The translations under genes and the position numbers were made by a program. A stretch of 59,138 bases of DNA, counting the filler, from Nitrospinae bacterium RIFCSPLOWO2_12_FULL_45_22 (GTDB lineage Bacteria; 2-12-FULL-45-22), in assembly GCA_001803565.1 (NCBI GenBank). It is 6 parts of 6 records of this genome, joined end to end, with 100 filler letters (N's around TTAATTAATTAA, not from the genome) between each part and the next. Parts side by side here need not be neighbours in the genome. Positions count along the whole stretch, not along the records: positions 37,162 to 53,718 come from MHDQ01000258.1; 5 more parts are not named here. One strand, written 5' to 3'. This document shows positions 39,429-48,386 of the stretch, one piece after another. The number at the start of each line of letters is the position of its first letter. Within the stretch, counting starts at the first letter, position 1. Below the pieces are notes generated by a model. That model made no database searches. It was not told where the DNA came from and worked only from the letters and a program-made list of their open reading frames with translations.

Positions 39429-39454
39429 AGGGTATTCACAGGAAAATTTGTCAT

Positions 39455-40534
39455 ATGGGGTGTTCTCATCTTCCCGAAATAAAATATGCTGAGTTTAGCA
39501 GGCACCTGCATAAAAAGTCCATAGCGGAACGGATACCCCTTCATGGGACGATAGAGCTGACCTTTCGCTGCAATCTAAATTGTGTGCACTGTTATTGTCC
39601 CACACTTGGGCCACAAGATATAGAGAGAGAGCTCAATTATCAAGAGATTTGTCGGATCATAGATGATATGCTGGCCGAGGGTTGTCTCTGGTGGACAATC
39701 TCTGGTGGAGAGCCCCTGATCCGCGAAGATTTCCAGGACATTTATATTTATGCCAAGAAGAAGGGCTTATTAATAACACTGTTTACCAATGGGACCTTGA
39801 TTACTACCCAGGTGGCCGATTTTCTGGATGAGTGGCCCCCATTTCTGGTGGAGATTACCCTATATGGGATAACAAAAGAGGTCTATGAGTCTATTACTGG
39901 TATCCCGGGATCTTTTACGCAGTGCATGGAAGGGATCGAGCGTCTGCTGGCACGGAATATCCGCCTGAGATTGAAGACTGTGGTGCTGACCTTGAACCAA
40001 CACCAGCTCTATGATATCAAAAGATATGTGGAAAGTTTGGGAGTAGGGTTCCGGTACGACCCAATGATTAACCCAGGCCTGGATGGATCCAGTAGACCCA
40101 AAAATTATAGGCTAACACCGGAAGAAGTAGTGAACCTGGATCTGGCTGATGAAAAACGTCTCCAAAACTGGAAAGAGGTAATGGAGAAGTATAGGGATAG
40201 TCCTAAAGATAATCATCTTTACACCTGCGTAGCGGGATTAGATTCTTTTCATATAAACCCCTATGGGGATATGCAGTTATGCATAATGGTCCAGAGGCCT
40301 GTTTACAGTCTTCGCCAGGGTTCTTTTAAAGAGGGTTGGCATAAATTCTTACCCAGGCTCCGGGCACAAAGGCCCAAAGGTGACTATAAATGCCCTGGTT
40401 GTGAGAGAAGCTCCCTCTGTCATCAATGTCCTGCCTGGGCCCAACTGGAGAACCATGACCCAGAAACACCAGTGGAGTACCTCTGTCAGATTGCCCACCT
40501 CAGGGCTGAGGTCTTTGGTAAAGATTCACGGTAA
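39455..40534 (+). CDS. Radical SAM/SPASM peptide maturase
   Basis: CNLNCVHC, SGGEP, TNG; SPASM CVAG..INPYGDMQLC..CPGC...CHQC..C. Confidence 0.92.
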   Translation: MGCSHLPEIKYAEFSRHLHKKSIAERIPLHGTIELTFRCNLNCVHCYCPTLGPQDIERELNYQEICRIIDDMLAEGCLWWTISGGEPLIREDFQDIYIYAKKKGLLITLFTNGTLITTQVADFLDEWPPFLVEITLYGITKEVYESITGIPGSFTQCMEGIERLLARNIRLRLKTVVLTLNQHQLYDIKRYVESLGVGFRYDPMINPGLDGSSRPKNYRLTPEEVVNLDLADEKRLQNWKEVMEKYRDSPKDNHLYTCVAGLDSFHINPYGDMQLCIMVQRPVYSLRQGSFKEGWHKFLPRLRAQRPKGDYKCPGCERSSLCHQCPAWAQLENHDPETPVEYLCQIAHLRAEVFGKDSR

Positions 40535-40643
40535 CGTCAAAGTGATCCTGAGCAGCCCCTGTAACTCAACCCTTCAGGGTTGATCTGTCAAGGCTAAAGC
40601 CTTGAGTTACTCAATCGCTTTCTAAGATGACTTTGACGTGGCC
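40530..40643. mobile_element. MITE at the 3' end of the rSAM gene containing a REP-like palindrome (40561-40610)
   Basis: IR GGTAACGTCAAAGT / ACTTTGACGTGGCC; direct repeat TTTGGTAAAGATT at 40514 and 40644. Confidence 0.75.
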
Positions 40644-40783
40644 TTTGGTAAAGATTAATTTAGCTAAATAATATTCACCCGGCCATCACAGAAGGTGACT
40701 TTCGATGATAATTATCCTGGTATCCGGGGGAGGAATCATTTCGGTTCATGAGATGGCCCATGTTATAATCAGATGATCTTTTT

Positions 40784-42319
40784 ATGAAATTTGGCCTCAT
40801 CGGCAAAGCCGATAAGCTACTCGCCGATGAATCGGTGATTCGCAAGGAGGTGATAAAAAATGGGGTAAACGGAGCTTTTACGTCACTGTTAGTAATAGAT
40901 AATCCTCCCCTGGCTGAATTTGTCATAGATTTGATGGAGAATATGGGTTTTACAGTCAAACTCATATCCCCTTCTAAAGAGGGTACAGAAAGAATCAAGA
41001 ACACGGGGTTTGATCTGGTATTATTCGATAGCAATTGTATTAAAAATCGATATAGTTTGCTGAACTTATGCAAGGCTTCTGGAGAATCTCAAAAGGCTCC
41101 TGTAAGTATCCTTATGGCCGAGAGTCATGAATCGGGTCTGATCACGGAGATAATAAAGGCAGGGATATCTGGTATCATCATTAAGCCGATAAACCCAGAA
41201 GAGTTAGTAAGGGTATTGAATAACACCTGGGGAAGGGAGATATTCAGATTGAAGAGGGGGTTTTACGAAGATGAGCCGGAGGGCCGATGGGATTCAGGAC
41301 CAGTCCTCATTGGGAAAGCCCCCAGTTTTTTAGAGATAAAAGAGGTGGCCAGGAGGGTAAGCAACTCTGATCTCCCGATTCTCATATGCGGAGAGAGCGG
41401 TACCGGTAAGGAATTGTTGGCCAGATATACCCATGAGCATTCCGGGAGAAAAGGGAGGGGATTTTTACGGGTGAACTGTGCGGCTATCCCCCAAGACCTA
41501 CTGGAGAGTGAGCTCTTCGGTCATGAAAAAGGTGCCTATACAGGGGCTCACTCCTTCAAACCGGGTAAATTCGAGTTTGCTAATGGTGGGACCATGCTCC
41601 TGGACGAAGTAGGAGAGATACCCTTTAGCCTTCAGGCCAAGCTATTGCACGTACTTCAAGACGGGACTTTTGAGAGGCTCGGGTCTAATAAGCCCGCAAA
41701 GACTGATGTAAGGATTATGGCAGCAACCAATACAGACCTAAAGGTTGCTATTGAGGAGAATAGGTTCCGAAAGGATCTATTTTACAGGCTGAATACGGTA
41801 ACCTTTATCCTGCCCCCTTTAAGGGAGAGGATAGAAGATATACCCTTACTCCTCAATTATTTTATGGATCTCTATAGTAAAAGATACAAGCAGACCAAGG
41901 TGGACATCCCGGATGAAACGCTGGAGGTTTTTATGAATTACACCTGGCCGGGAAATGTGAGAGAGTTAGGGAATATAATCCGACAGATAGTGGTCATGCA
42001 GGGTGTGGAAATACCCCTGGCAAATATCAATAAATCTTTTGACAAAAGGCATATTCATAGGTTACAACTGATGGATTCCCTGTCCAGGGATGGGCCATTA
42101 GAGTCACACAATAATGGTATGGAGTGGCCCTCCCTGGCGGAGGCCACCCAGAAAGGCCGCCAAGAGACTGAAAAGGCCCTGATATTGAAGGCTCTCCAGC
42201 ATACCTGTTGGCATAAAAAATCAGCCGCAAAACTCCTCCGGATATCCTATAGGGCATTACTTTATAAGGTTAAGCAGTATGGGTTGGATAGTGGGGCAAG
42301 TTCCCGGCATAAACCATAA
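40784..42319 (+). CDS. Sigma54-dependent (NtrC/AtoC-like) regulator with a divergent receiver domain
   Basis: GESGTGKE, ESELFGHEKGAYTGA, LDEVGE, FRKDLFYRLN, WPGNVREL, Fis-type HTH; start uncertain. Confidence 0.92.
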   Translation: MKFGLIGKADKLLADESVIRKEVIKNGVNGAFTSLLVIDNPPLAEFVIDLMENMGFTVKLISPSKEGTERIKNTGFDLVLFDSNCIKNRYSLLNLCKASGESQKAPVSILMAESHESGLITEIIKAGISGIIIKPINPEELVRVLNNTWGREIFRLKRGFYEDEPEGRWDSGPVLIGKAPSFLEIKEVARRVSNSDLPILICGESGTGKELLARYTHEHSGRKGRGFLRVNCAAIPQDLLESELFGHEKGAYTGAHSFKPGKFEFANGGTMLLDEVGEIPFSLQAKLLHVLQDGTFERLGSNKPAKTDVRIMAATNTDLKVAIEENRFRKDLFYRLNTVTFILPPLRERIEDIPLLLNYFMDLYSKRYKQTKVDIPDETLEVFMNYTWPGNVRELGNIIRQIVVMQGVEIPLANINKSFDKRHIHRLQLMDSLSRDGPLESHNNGMEWPSLAEATQKGRQETEKALILKALQHTCWHKKSAAKLLRISYRALLYKVKQYGLDSGASSRHKP

Positions 42320-42345
42320 ACATTAACCGCGGAGAATAGAAGGGG

Positions 42346-42813
42346 TTGTGCAAAATGCTTGATAGAGAGACTAATACGCTAGAGAAGGAATATTTTAACT
42401 ACTGGCTGAATATAGAGATGAAGAGGGCCAAAAGGTATCAGTACTGTGTTAGCTTGCTTATGCTGGAAATCAACGGGAACTCGGAAGGGAAAGATTTGAG
42501 TGATATAATAGCTGCCCTGGATCTGGTTAGAAGTGAGATAAGGGAATTTGATATCATCGGGAGGCAGGATGTATCCAGATTCTCCCTACTTATTTCATAC
42601 ACAGATGAGAGAAGTACCTTTCTCGTGGGGGAGAGGATAAGGGGTCAGTTGCAAGCCCTTTTCCTTCCGCCCGGGCAGACAAGTGAGAAGGCCTTTTATT
42701 TAGGAGGCTGCTGCTACCCTACCCATGTGACCAGTTTCTCAGATATAATGGGAAAGGCCGGGCAGATGCTGGATGAGGCAAAAAAAACCGGTAAGAGACT
42801 TGTCCTTCCTTAA
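42346..42813 (+). CDS. Degenerate GGDEF-fold protein
   Basis: EMKRAKRY, SLLMLEI, IREFDIIGR then QDVSRF in place of GGDEF. Confidence 0.7.
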   Translation: MCKMLDRETNTLEKEYFNYWLNIEMKRAKRYQYCVSLLMLEINGNSEGKDLSDIIAALDLVRSEIREFDIIGRQDVSRFSLLISYTDERSTFLVGERIRGQLQALFLPPGQTSEKAFYLGGCCYPTHVTSFSDIMGKAGQMLDEAKKTGKRLVLP

Positions 42814-43212
42814 AATTCCATCCGCGGAATCCCTTATTAATCTGGCTTGTCTCTAAACCATATTAATATCAGAGGCCTGTATCCTTAATATGCCCCTGGA
42901 TCAGAACGCTCCAGGGTCCCTGCTTCAATGGGACATAGTTAATACCGTTAGAGCTTTCTTCAAACTATCCCCTTTCTTTTCCCGAAAATCTATAACTCCC
43001 TGTATCACAGTCCTGATGAGCACACCATTTTGTAATTGACCTTCCTTACCTTCCCTTTTGATAAATACCAGCCTTTGTAGAGATACCAAAATTACTATCC
43101 ATCTCCGGTTGCAGGTTCTCTCTATTGGCGGTAATCTGATTTGCCTGTCCATCTTTTACCAGCCACACCTGTATCCTGGGGTCCGGGGATGTTTTGGGGG
43201 CAGCAGGAACAT

Positions 43213-43425
43213 CGCAGCGGATTTGGCGGCTCTATTTTAAGGATTACCTGTCCACGCTGTGGTCATCAAAAATGCTGGAATATGCGCAGTGGACTCTACC
43301 GATGCAGCCGATCTAAGTATCATCTTTCTGTTACCGCTGGCACGATATTTCAAGATAGTCGAATCCCTCTGCGATTGTGGTTTCGGGCTATATGGCAAGT
43401 GGTCAGCCAGAAGCTTATCAAAAAT
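43213..43425 (+). pseudogene. IS1595-family transposase N-terminal remnant
   Basis: CPRCG..YRC...SVTAGTIFQDSRIPLRLWFRAIW zinc-ribbon; no DDE domain. Confidence 0.75.
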
Positions 43426-43702
43426 GTAAGCATCCCTAGGCTTACCACATTTACCCTTCCTGACGTGAATACGGCTCTGCCCATACTTTATATAAATATC
43501 TGCAATCCTTAGATCGGACTAGGAGCTACCCCTAATGTGATTTTATAGAAGAATTTGAAATAGAGTGACTTAATAAAGTATTTTTATGGTCAGAAAGTGG
43601 TTGCACATAGGTTGCATTTTTGCTATTATTTTGTTGGTAATTGATAAGATTTAGTATTTGTTAACCCTTGAAAATACTGATATACCAGCTTTCGGGAACA
43701 GA

Positions 43703-43744
43703 CTTACAAGCCGGGGGTCACAGGTTCAAGCCCTGTTCCGCCTA
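43703..43744 (+). pseudogene. 3' half of tRNA-Val(TAC), probable att site of an integrated element
   Basis: CTTACAA loop, GCCGG, GGTCACAGGTTCAAGCCCTGT T-arm, TCCGCCTA; no D-arm or 5' acceptor strand upstream. Confidence 0.75.
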
Positions 43745-43761
43745 TTCTTGGTATATATGGT

Positions 43762-43838
<77 letters not shown>

Positions 43839-44059
43839 ATACTATCAAGGCTTTACGGTTTTTGTCTCCTCCCTATTTTCCCCTTAGGATTCAAATATTG
43901 ACTATCCGAGAGATAATTTACTCCCTGTTGGCAGGGGAAGGCCCTGCGGCTACGTTTTAATACATCTAGGATGACGTTAGAGCTGACAGCTCCAGGGAGA
44001 CATTTTTGCACAAAAGTTATTGAGCGAAGTCTGAACTGGTGATAGAAGGGGGTAGTTGC

Positions 44060-45691
44060 ATGTTCAATGGGATCTTTCATATTCGGAAGCCGGATAACGA
44101 ACCTGGACTCGACTATATGCCAGGCAGCAAGGAACGTCATGAACTAAAAGCTAAATTGAAAGAGATGCTTGAAAATCCTGTTGAAGTTCCCTGCATCATC
44201 GGTGGCCGGGAAGTTACTACGGGTGACCTTGTTGAAATGAGGGCACCTCATGACACCAAGAAAATTCTTGGGCACTATCATCGTGCTGGTCCCAGGGAGG
44301 CCGAGAAGGCAATTGCCGCTGCTAACCGGGCGAAGGTCTCATGGAGCGAGATGCAATGGTCCTCCAGGGCGACAGTATTGCTCAAAGCGGCAGAACTGTT
44401 GGCCGGCAAGTACCGCCAGACACTTAACGCCGCAACCATGGTGTGCATGAGCAAAACATGTCATCAAGCAGAAATCGACTCAGCCTGCGAATTGATTGAT
44501 TTTTGGCGTTTTAATCCATATTTTATGACAGAGGTATACGACGACCAGCCGATTTCTACAAAAACCGTCCTTAATTACATGGAACATCGCCCTCTGGAGG
44601 GTTTTGTGTTCGCAGTATCTCCCTTTAATTTTACCTCGATTGCAGGGAACTTGCCTACTGCCCCGGCACTAATGGGCAATGCCGTTGTTTGGAAACCAGC
44701 CTCGGCGTCGGTCCTACCAGCGCACTATATCATGCAAGTATTAAAAGAGGCGGGGATGCCTGAGGGTGTAATCAATATGATCCCTGGACCGGGACCCGTA
44801 ATTGGTCCCCCGGTGCTGAACCACCTGGACCTTGGTGGTGTGCATTTCACGGGGTCAACCTACGTATTCTCCACCATATGGTTGACCATTGGATCTGATA
44901 TACGTAAATACTACTCATACCCCCGAATAGTCGGCGAGACAGGGGGTAAGGACTTTATTTTCGCACACAGCTCTGCTGACGTGGAGGCATTTGTCACGGC
45001 CATCGTGCGTGGGGCCTTTGAATATCAGGGCCAGAAATGCTCCGCAGCAAGCCGCATCTACGTTCCCGACAACATCTGGCCCCGGGTCAAAGAGCAAATG
45101 TGCGATGAGGTCGCAACAATTAAGGTTGGAGATGTCTGTGATTTCAGCAACTTTATGAATGCTGTAATCGACAAGAACGCCTTTGAAACGATCATCAAGT
45201 ATATAAAATTTGCAAAAGAAGATCCCAATCTGGAAATACTTTGTGGTGGAACGTACAATAACTCTGAGGGTTACTTTATCCAACCGACCGTCGTCGAAAC
45301 CAAAGATCCGCAGTCCAAGCTGATGTGCGAGGAGATTTTCGGGCCGGTCGTAACTGTTTATGTATATCCGGAGAAGGAATACGGAGAAACGCTGCGGTTG
45401 TGCAATAATACCAGCGCCTATGCGCTGACCGGTGGCATTTTTGCGCAGGACCGGTTTGCCATCGTAACAGCAGTCAAGGCCTTGCGCAATGCGGCGGGCA
45501 ACTTTTATATTAATGATAAGCCAACAGGAGCTGTGGTGGGCCAGCAACCTTTCGGTGGATCGCGTGCCTCAGGCACCAACGACAAAGCTGGCAGTTGGCT
45601 GAATTTGGAACGCTGGGTTTCGCCGCGTGCCATAAAAGAAACCTTTTTGCCACCGACCGACTATCGCTATCCATTCATGACGGATAAGTAA
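44060..45691 (+). CDS. pruA: Delta-1-pyrroline-5-carboxylate dehydrogenase
   Basis: SPFNFTSI, FTGST, GETGGKDF, FEYQGQKCSA, EEIFGP, QQPFGGSRASGTNDKAG. Confidence 0.95.
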   Translation: MFNGIFHIRKPDNEPGLDYMPGSKERHELKAKLKEMLENPVEVPCIIGGREVTTGDLVEMRAPHDTKKILGHYHRAGPREAEKAIAAANRAKVSWSEMQWSSRATVLLKAAELLAGKYRQTLNAATMVCMSKTCHQAEIDSACELIDFWRFNPYFMTEVYDDQPISTKTVLNYMEHRPLEGFVFAVSPFNFTSIAGNLPTAPALMGNAVVWKPASASVLPAHYIMQVLKEAGMPEGVINMIPGPGPVIGPPVLNHLDLGGVHFTGSTYVFSTIWLTIGSDIRKYYSYPRIVGETGGKDFIFAHSSADVEAFVTAIVRGAFEYQGQKCSAASRIYVPDNIWPRVKEQMCDEVATIKVGDVCDFSNFMNAVIDKNAFETIIKYIKFAKEDPNLEILCGGTYNNSEGYFIQPTVVETKDPQSKLMCEEIFGPVVTVYVYPEKEYGETLRLCNNTSAYALTGGIFAQDRFAIVTAVKALRNAAGNFYINDKPTGAVVGQQPFGGSRASGTNDKAGSWLNLERWVSPRAIKETFLPPTDYRYPFMTDK

Positions 45692-45869
45692 TGTTTGTCT
45701 AGAAGATACCCCCCACCCTAATCCTCCCCCTTGCATGAAATATTTGCCGAAGCAAGCTTAAAGGCTTGCCCTACATGAGTTCGAAAAAAAGAATTGCATT
45801 TTTCGGGTTAATGTATCTTAGTTAAGTGAGTGGGTGAGAGATATAATCAAAGGAAAGGAGATAAAGAAA

Positions 45870-47039
45870 ATGAAAAAGCTTCGGGGGTTATCAAACAAAG
45901 AGAATATTCATCATGAAGAGACCAAGCATGTATCCAGAAGGGATTTTATTAAAACGGTTGCTACCGGCGCTGCGGTTATAACAACCGGTAAGAGTCTTGA
46001 CGCATCTTTTGTTTCTATGGTAGAGGCCAGTCAATACTCCACTGCAGTTAAAAAGTCCGCCCATCTCTTTTCTGCGGTGGGAAGGGTAGTGGAGGTACAG
46101 GATGAACTGGTGGCAGCCAAATCCTATGACCCGGATGCCTCTATCGTGCAGAAAATGATGGATAGAGGTATGAGAGAACTCACAGGAAAAAGCTCATTAG
46201 TGGAGGCCTGGCGAAGTTTTGTCTCCCCCGAGGATGTGGTAGGTATTAAGGTGAACGTTACCGGGGGTAAAGTGGTCATGTCTAACTATGCTGTGATAAA
46301 TTCTATCATAGATGGGCTGAAGAGCGCCGGGATTAAAGAGAACAACATCATTGTCTGGGAAAGGCATTCCGGCCGATTGGAAACGGTCGGTTTTAAGCTT
46401 AACAAAAGTTCGCAGGGAGTGAGGATTTATGCTACCGGAGATGGGGTAGGCTACGATCCGGAGGTCTACTATGATACCAACATACCGGGTGAGCTGCGCG
46501 AGTCTGATCTTGAGTATGGAAAAAAGGAGATAAGCACCAGATCATACTTCAGTAAGATAGTAACCCAGCAAATAACCAAGCTGATCACGGTTCCTGTGAT
46601 CAAAGACGCCAGTCAAGCGGGCATTGCTATAACATTAAAGAATCTATCCTTCGGAACAGTAGACAATACCCCCAGGTTTCATCCGCCTGATATACTTTGT
46701 GATCCGGCTATCCCTGAGATTTGCGCCAATCCTGTTCTGCGAGATAAAGCTGTACTACATATCCTCGATGCCGTTCATGCACAATATAATGGGGGCCCTC
46801 AGGGCAATCCCCAATGGGTATGGAATTACAACAGTATTCTCTTCAGCACTGATCCGGTAGCTTTAGACTATTTGGGAGCCCAGATTATCAACGAAAAGCG
46901 GAAGAAAGAAGGAATGCCTGAATTGGCGAAAGCAGGAAAAGACCCAAGACATATCAACACAGCGGCTAGAAAGGGGTTAGGCACGAATGACCCAGGCAAG
47001 ATCGACCATCTCAAGATCGACCTCACGGAGGTAAGTTAA
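45870..47039 (+). CDS. Tat-exported DUF362 family protein
   Basis: SRRDFIK twin-arginine; VGIKVN, PVIKD, LKNL, STDPVALD. Confidence 0.85.
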   Translation: MKKLRGLSNKENIHHEETKHVSRRDFIKTVATGAAVITTGKSLDASFVSMVEASQYSTAVKKSAHLFSAVGRVVEVQDELVAAKSYDPDASIVQKMMDRGMRELTGKSSLVEAWRSFVSPEDVVGIKVNVTGGKVVMSNYAVINSIIDGLKSAGIKENNIIVWERHSGRLETVGFKLNKSSQGVRIYATGDGVGYDPEVYYDTNIPGELRESDLEYGKKEISTRSYFSKIVTQQITKLITVPVIKDASQAGIAITLKNLSFGTVDNTPRFHPPDILCDPAIPEICANPVLRDKAVLHILDAVHAQYNGGPQGNPQWVWNYNSILFSTDPVALDYLGAQIINEKRKKEGMPELAKAGKDPRHINTAARKGLGTNDPGKIDHLKIDLTEVS

Positions 47040-48115
47040 TGATTGGGCAAAAAAATCAATGGCGCTGCCCTCATGGCATTAGTAAAGCAAGACGAATGTG
47101 GATTTTTTCCATCATACTCTGGTGCCTGACTAATGGATTATCCAGAGGTGAAGGATATAATGCGGCGTCTCTAAACCCGACTGACTTATTGCCAGGTAAA
47201 AAAGAGCTGATGGAATGGAGTTCTGTAAGCCCTCCCGAGGTATACCTAAAAGAAGGGCTTTTTGACTACATGGATGGAGGCGCCGAATTATACCTGGAAT
47301 TTAATTTCAAGCGGGTTGCTATTCAGGAGTATACCAATAAACAGGGTTCCTCTTTCATGATAGAAGTTTACCAGATGGACAGTCCGAACAATGCTTATGG
47401 GATTTATTCGTTTGATACCCGCGGGGAACACCCTGTTATCGGGCAGGGGGCGACTTATAGTTCAGGATTACTCAAATTTTGGAAAGACCGTTTCTTCTGC
47501 CGTATCCTTTCTCTCGACCAAGGGGAAAATTTGAAAAGCATTATCTTTGCAATAGGAGAAAAAATAGCGGCAAGAATCCTAACTGAAGGGGCTAGACCGC
47601 ACATACTAACTTATGTCCCCAGGGAGAATATAACCCCTGAAAGTATCCATTATTTTCATCAGAGAGTTACACTCAATAATTTCTATTACCTATCAGATAA
47701 AAACGTTCTGAATCTTAATGAAAAGACTGAAGGGGTATTTTTTGAGTATAAACCCGGAGGAAAAATCGCCAAGGTAATTCTTATAAGATATCCTCGGACG
47801 GAAGATTCCTTAGCCGCTTTCAAGAAGTTCCTTAACTTATACCTTCAGGATAAAGATTTTAACAATGTCGGATCAAACGAAGAGAAAGAAATTATAAGGT
47901 CAGTGCGGGATGGGGAGTATATGGGAATTAAATTGGATCGAGATTACTTGGTACTCGTCTTTGAAACCAGAAACAAGCAAATTTGCCAAGATATCTTAAG
48001 GGGCATGAGTAGAAGATTGAGGGTCAGAAAGTCCGAATGTATGGTATCATCATTCTGCTGTCTGGTTCGTAGAACGCTGGCCCATGGCCAGAACCATGAT
48101 CCTTCGCATCGATGA
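47039..48115 (+). CDS. Exported hypothetical protein, DUF6599-like
   Basis: LFDYMDGGAELY, EVYQM...AYGIYS; coupled to the DUF362 gene (TAATG). Confidence 0.7.
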   Translation: MIGQKNQWRCPHGISKARRMWIFSIILWCLTNGLSRGEGYNAASLNPTDLLPGKKELMEWSSVSPPEVYLKEGLFDYMDGGAELYLEFNFKRVAIQEYTNKQGSSFMIEVYQMDSPNNAYGIYSFDTRGEHPVIGQGATYSSGLLKFWKDRFFCRILSLDQGENLKSIIFAIGEKIAARILTEGARPHILTYVPRENITPESIHYFHQRVTLNNFYYLSDKNVLNLNEKTEGVFFEYKPGGKIAKVILIRYPRTEDSLAAFKKFLNLYLQDKDFNNVGSNEEKEIIRSVRDGEYMGIKLDRDYLVLVFETRNKQICQDILRGMSRRLRVRKSECMVSSFCCLVRRTLAHGQNHDPSHR

Positions 48116-48386
48116 TATGCTTTATGGAAAAAAACCATCTTAATAAGGTTAAGTGTTTTTGCTGGTAGCTATTTTACTTAGGTATCTTTCGGGAAAGGCT
48201 CTACTGATCCCATATCCTTGGCTTTACCTGTGAGGCTCTTTATGCTAAATTATAGATTGGTTATACTTTTGCAGTAAGGCGGCAATAGGGACAAGCAGCT
48301 ATGGGCACTATTGGGGCGCAATAGGGTGCTGTGCCTACGGCAGATTAGAAGGGATTTTATCGGGGTCTGACCCCAACTGAGGAAAG

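Noticed and set aside
37583-40534. Lasso peptide or PQQ biosynthesis cluster
   Set aside because: No lasso cyclase or B2 protease, no PqqB/PqqC, and the precursor lacks the PqqA ExxxY motif; further genes could lie beyond the contig edge.
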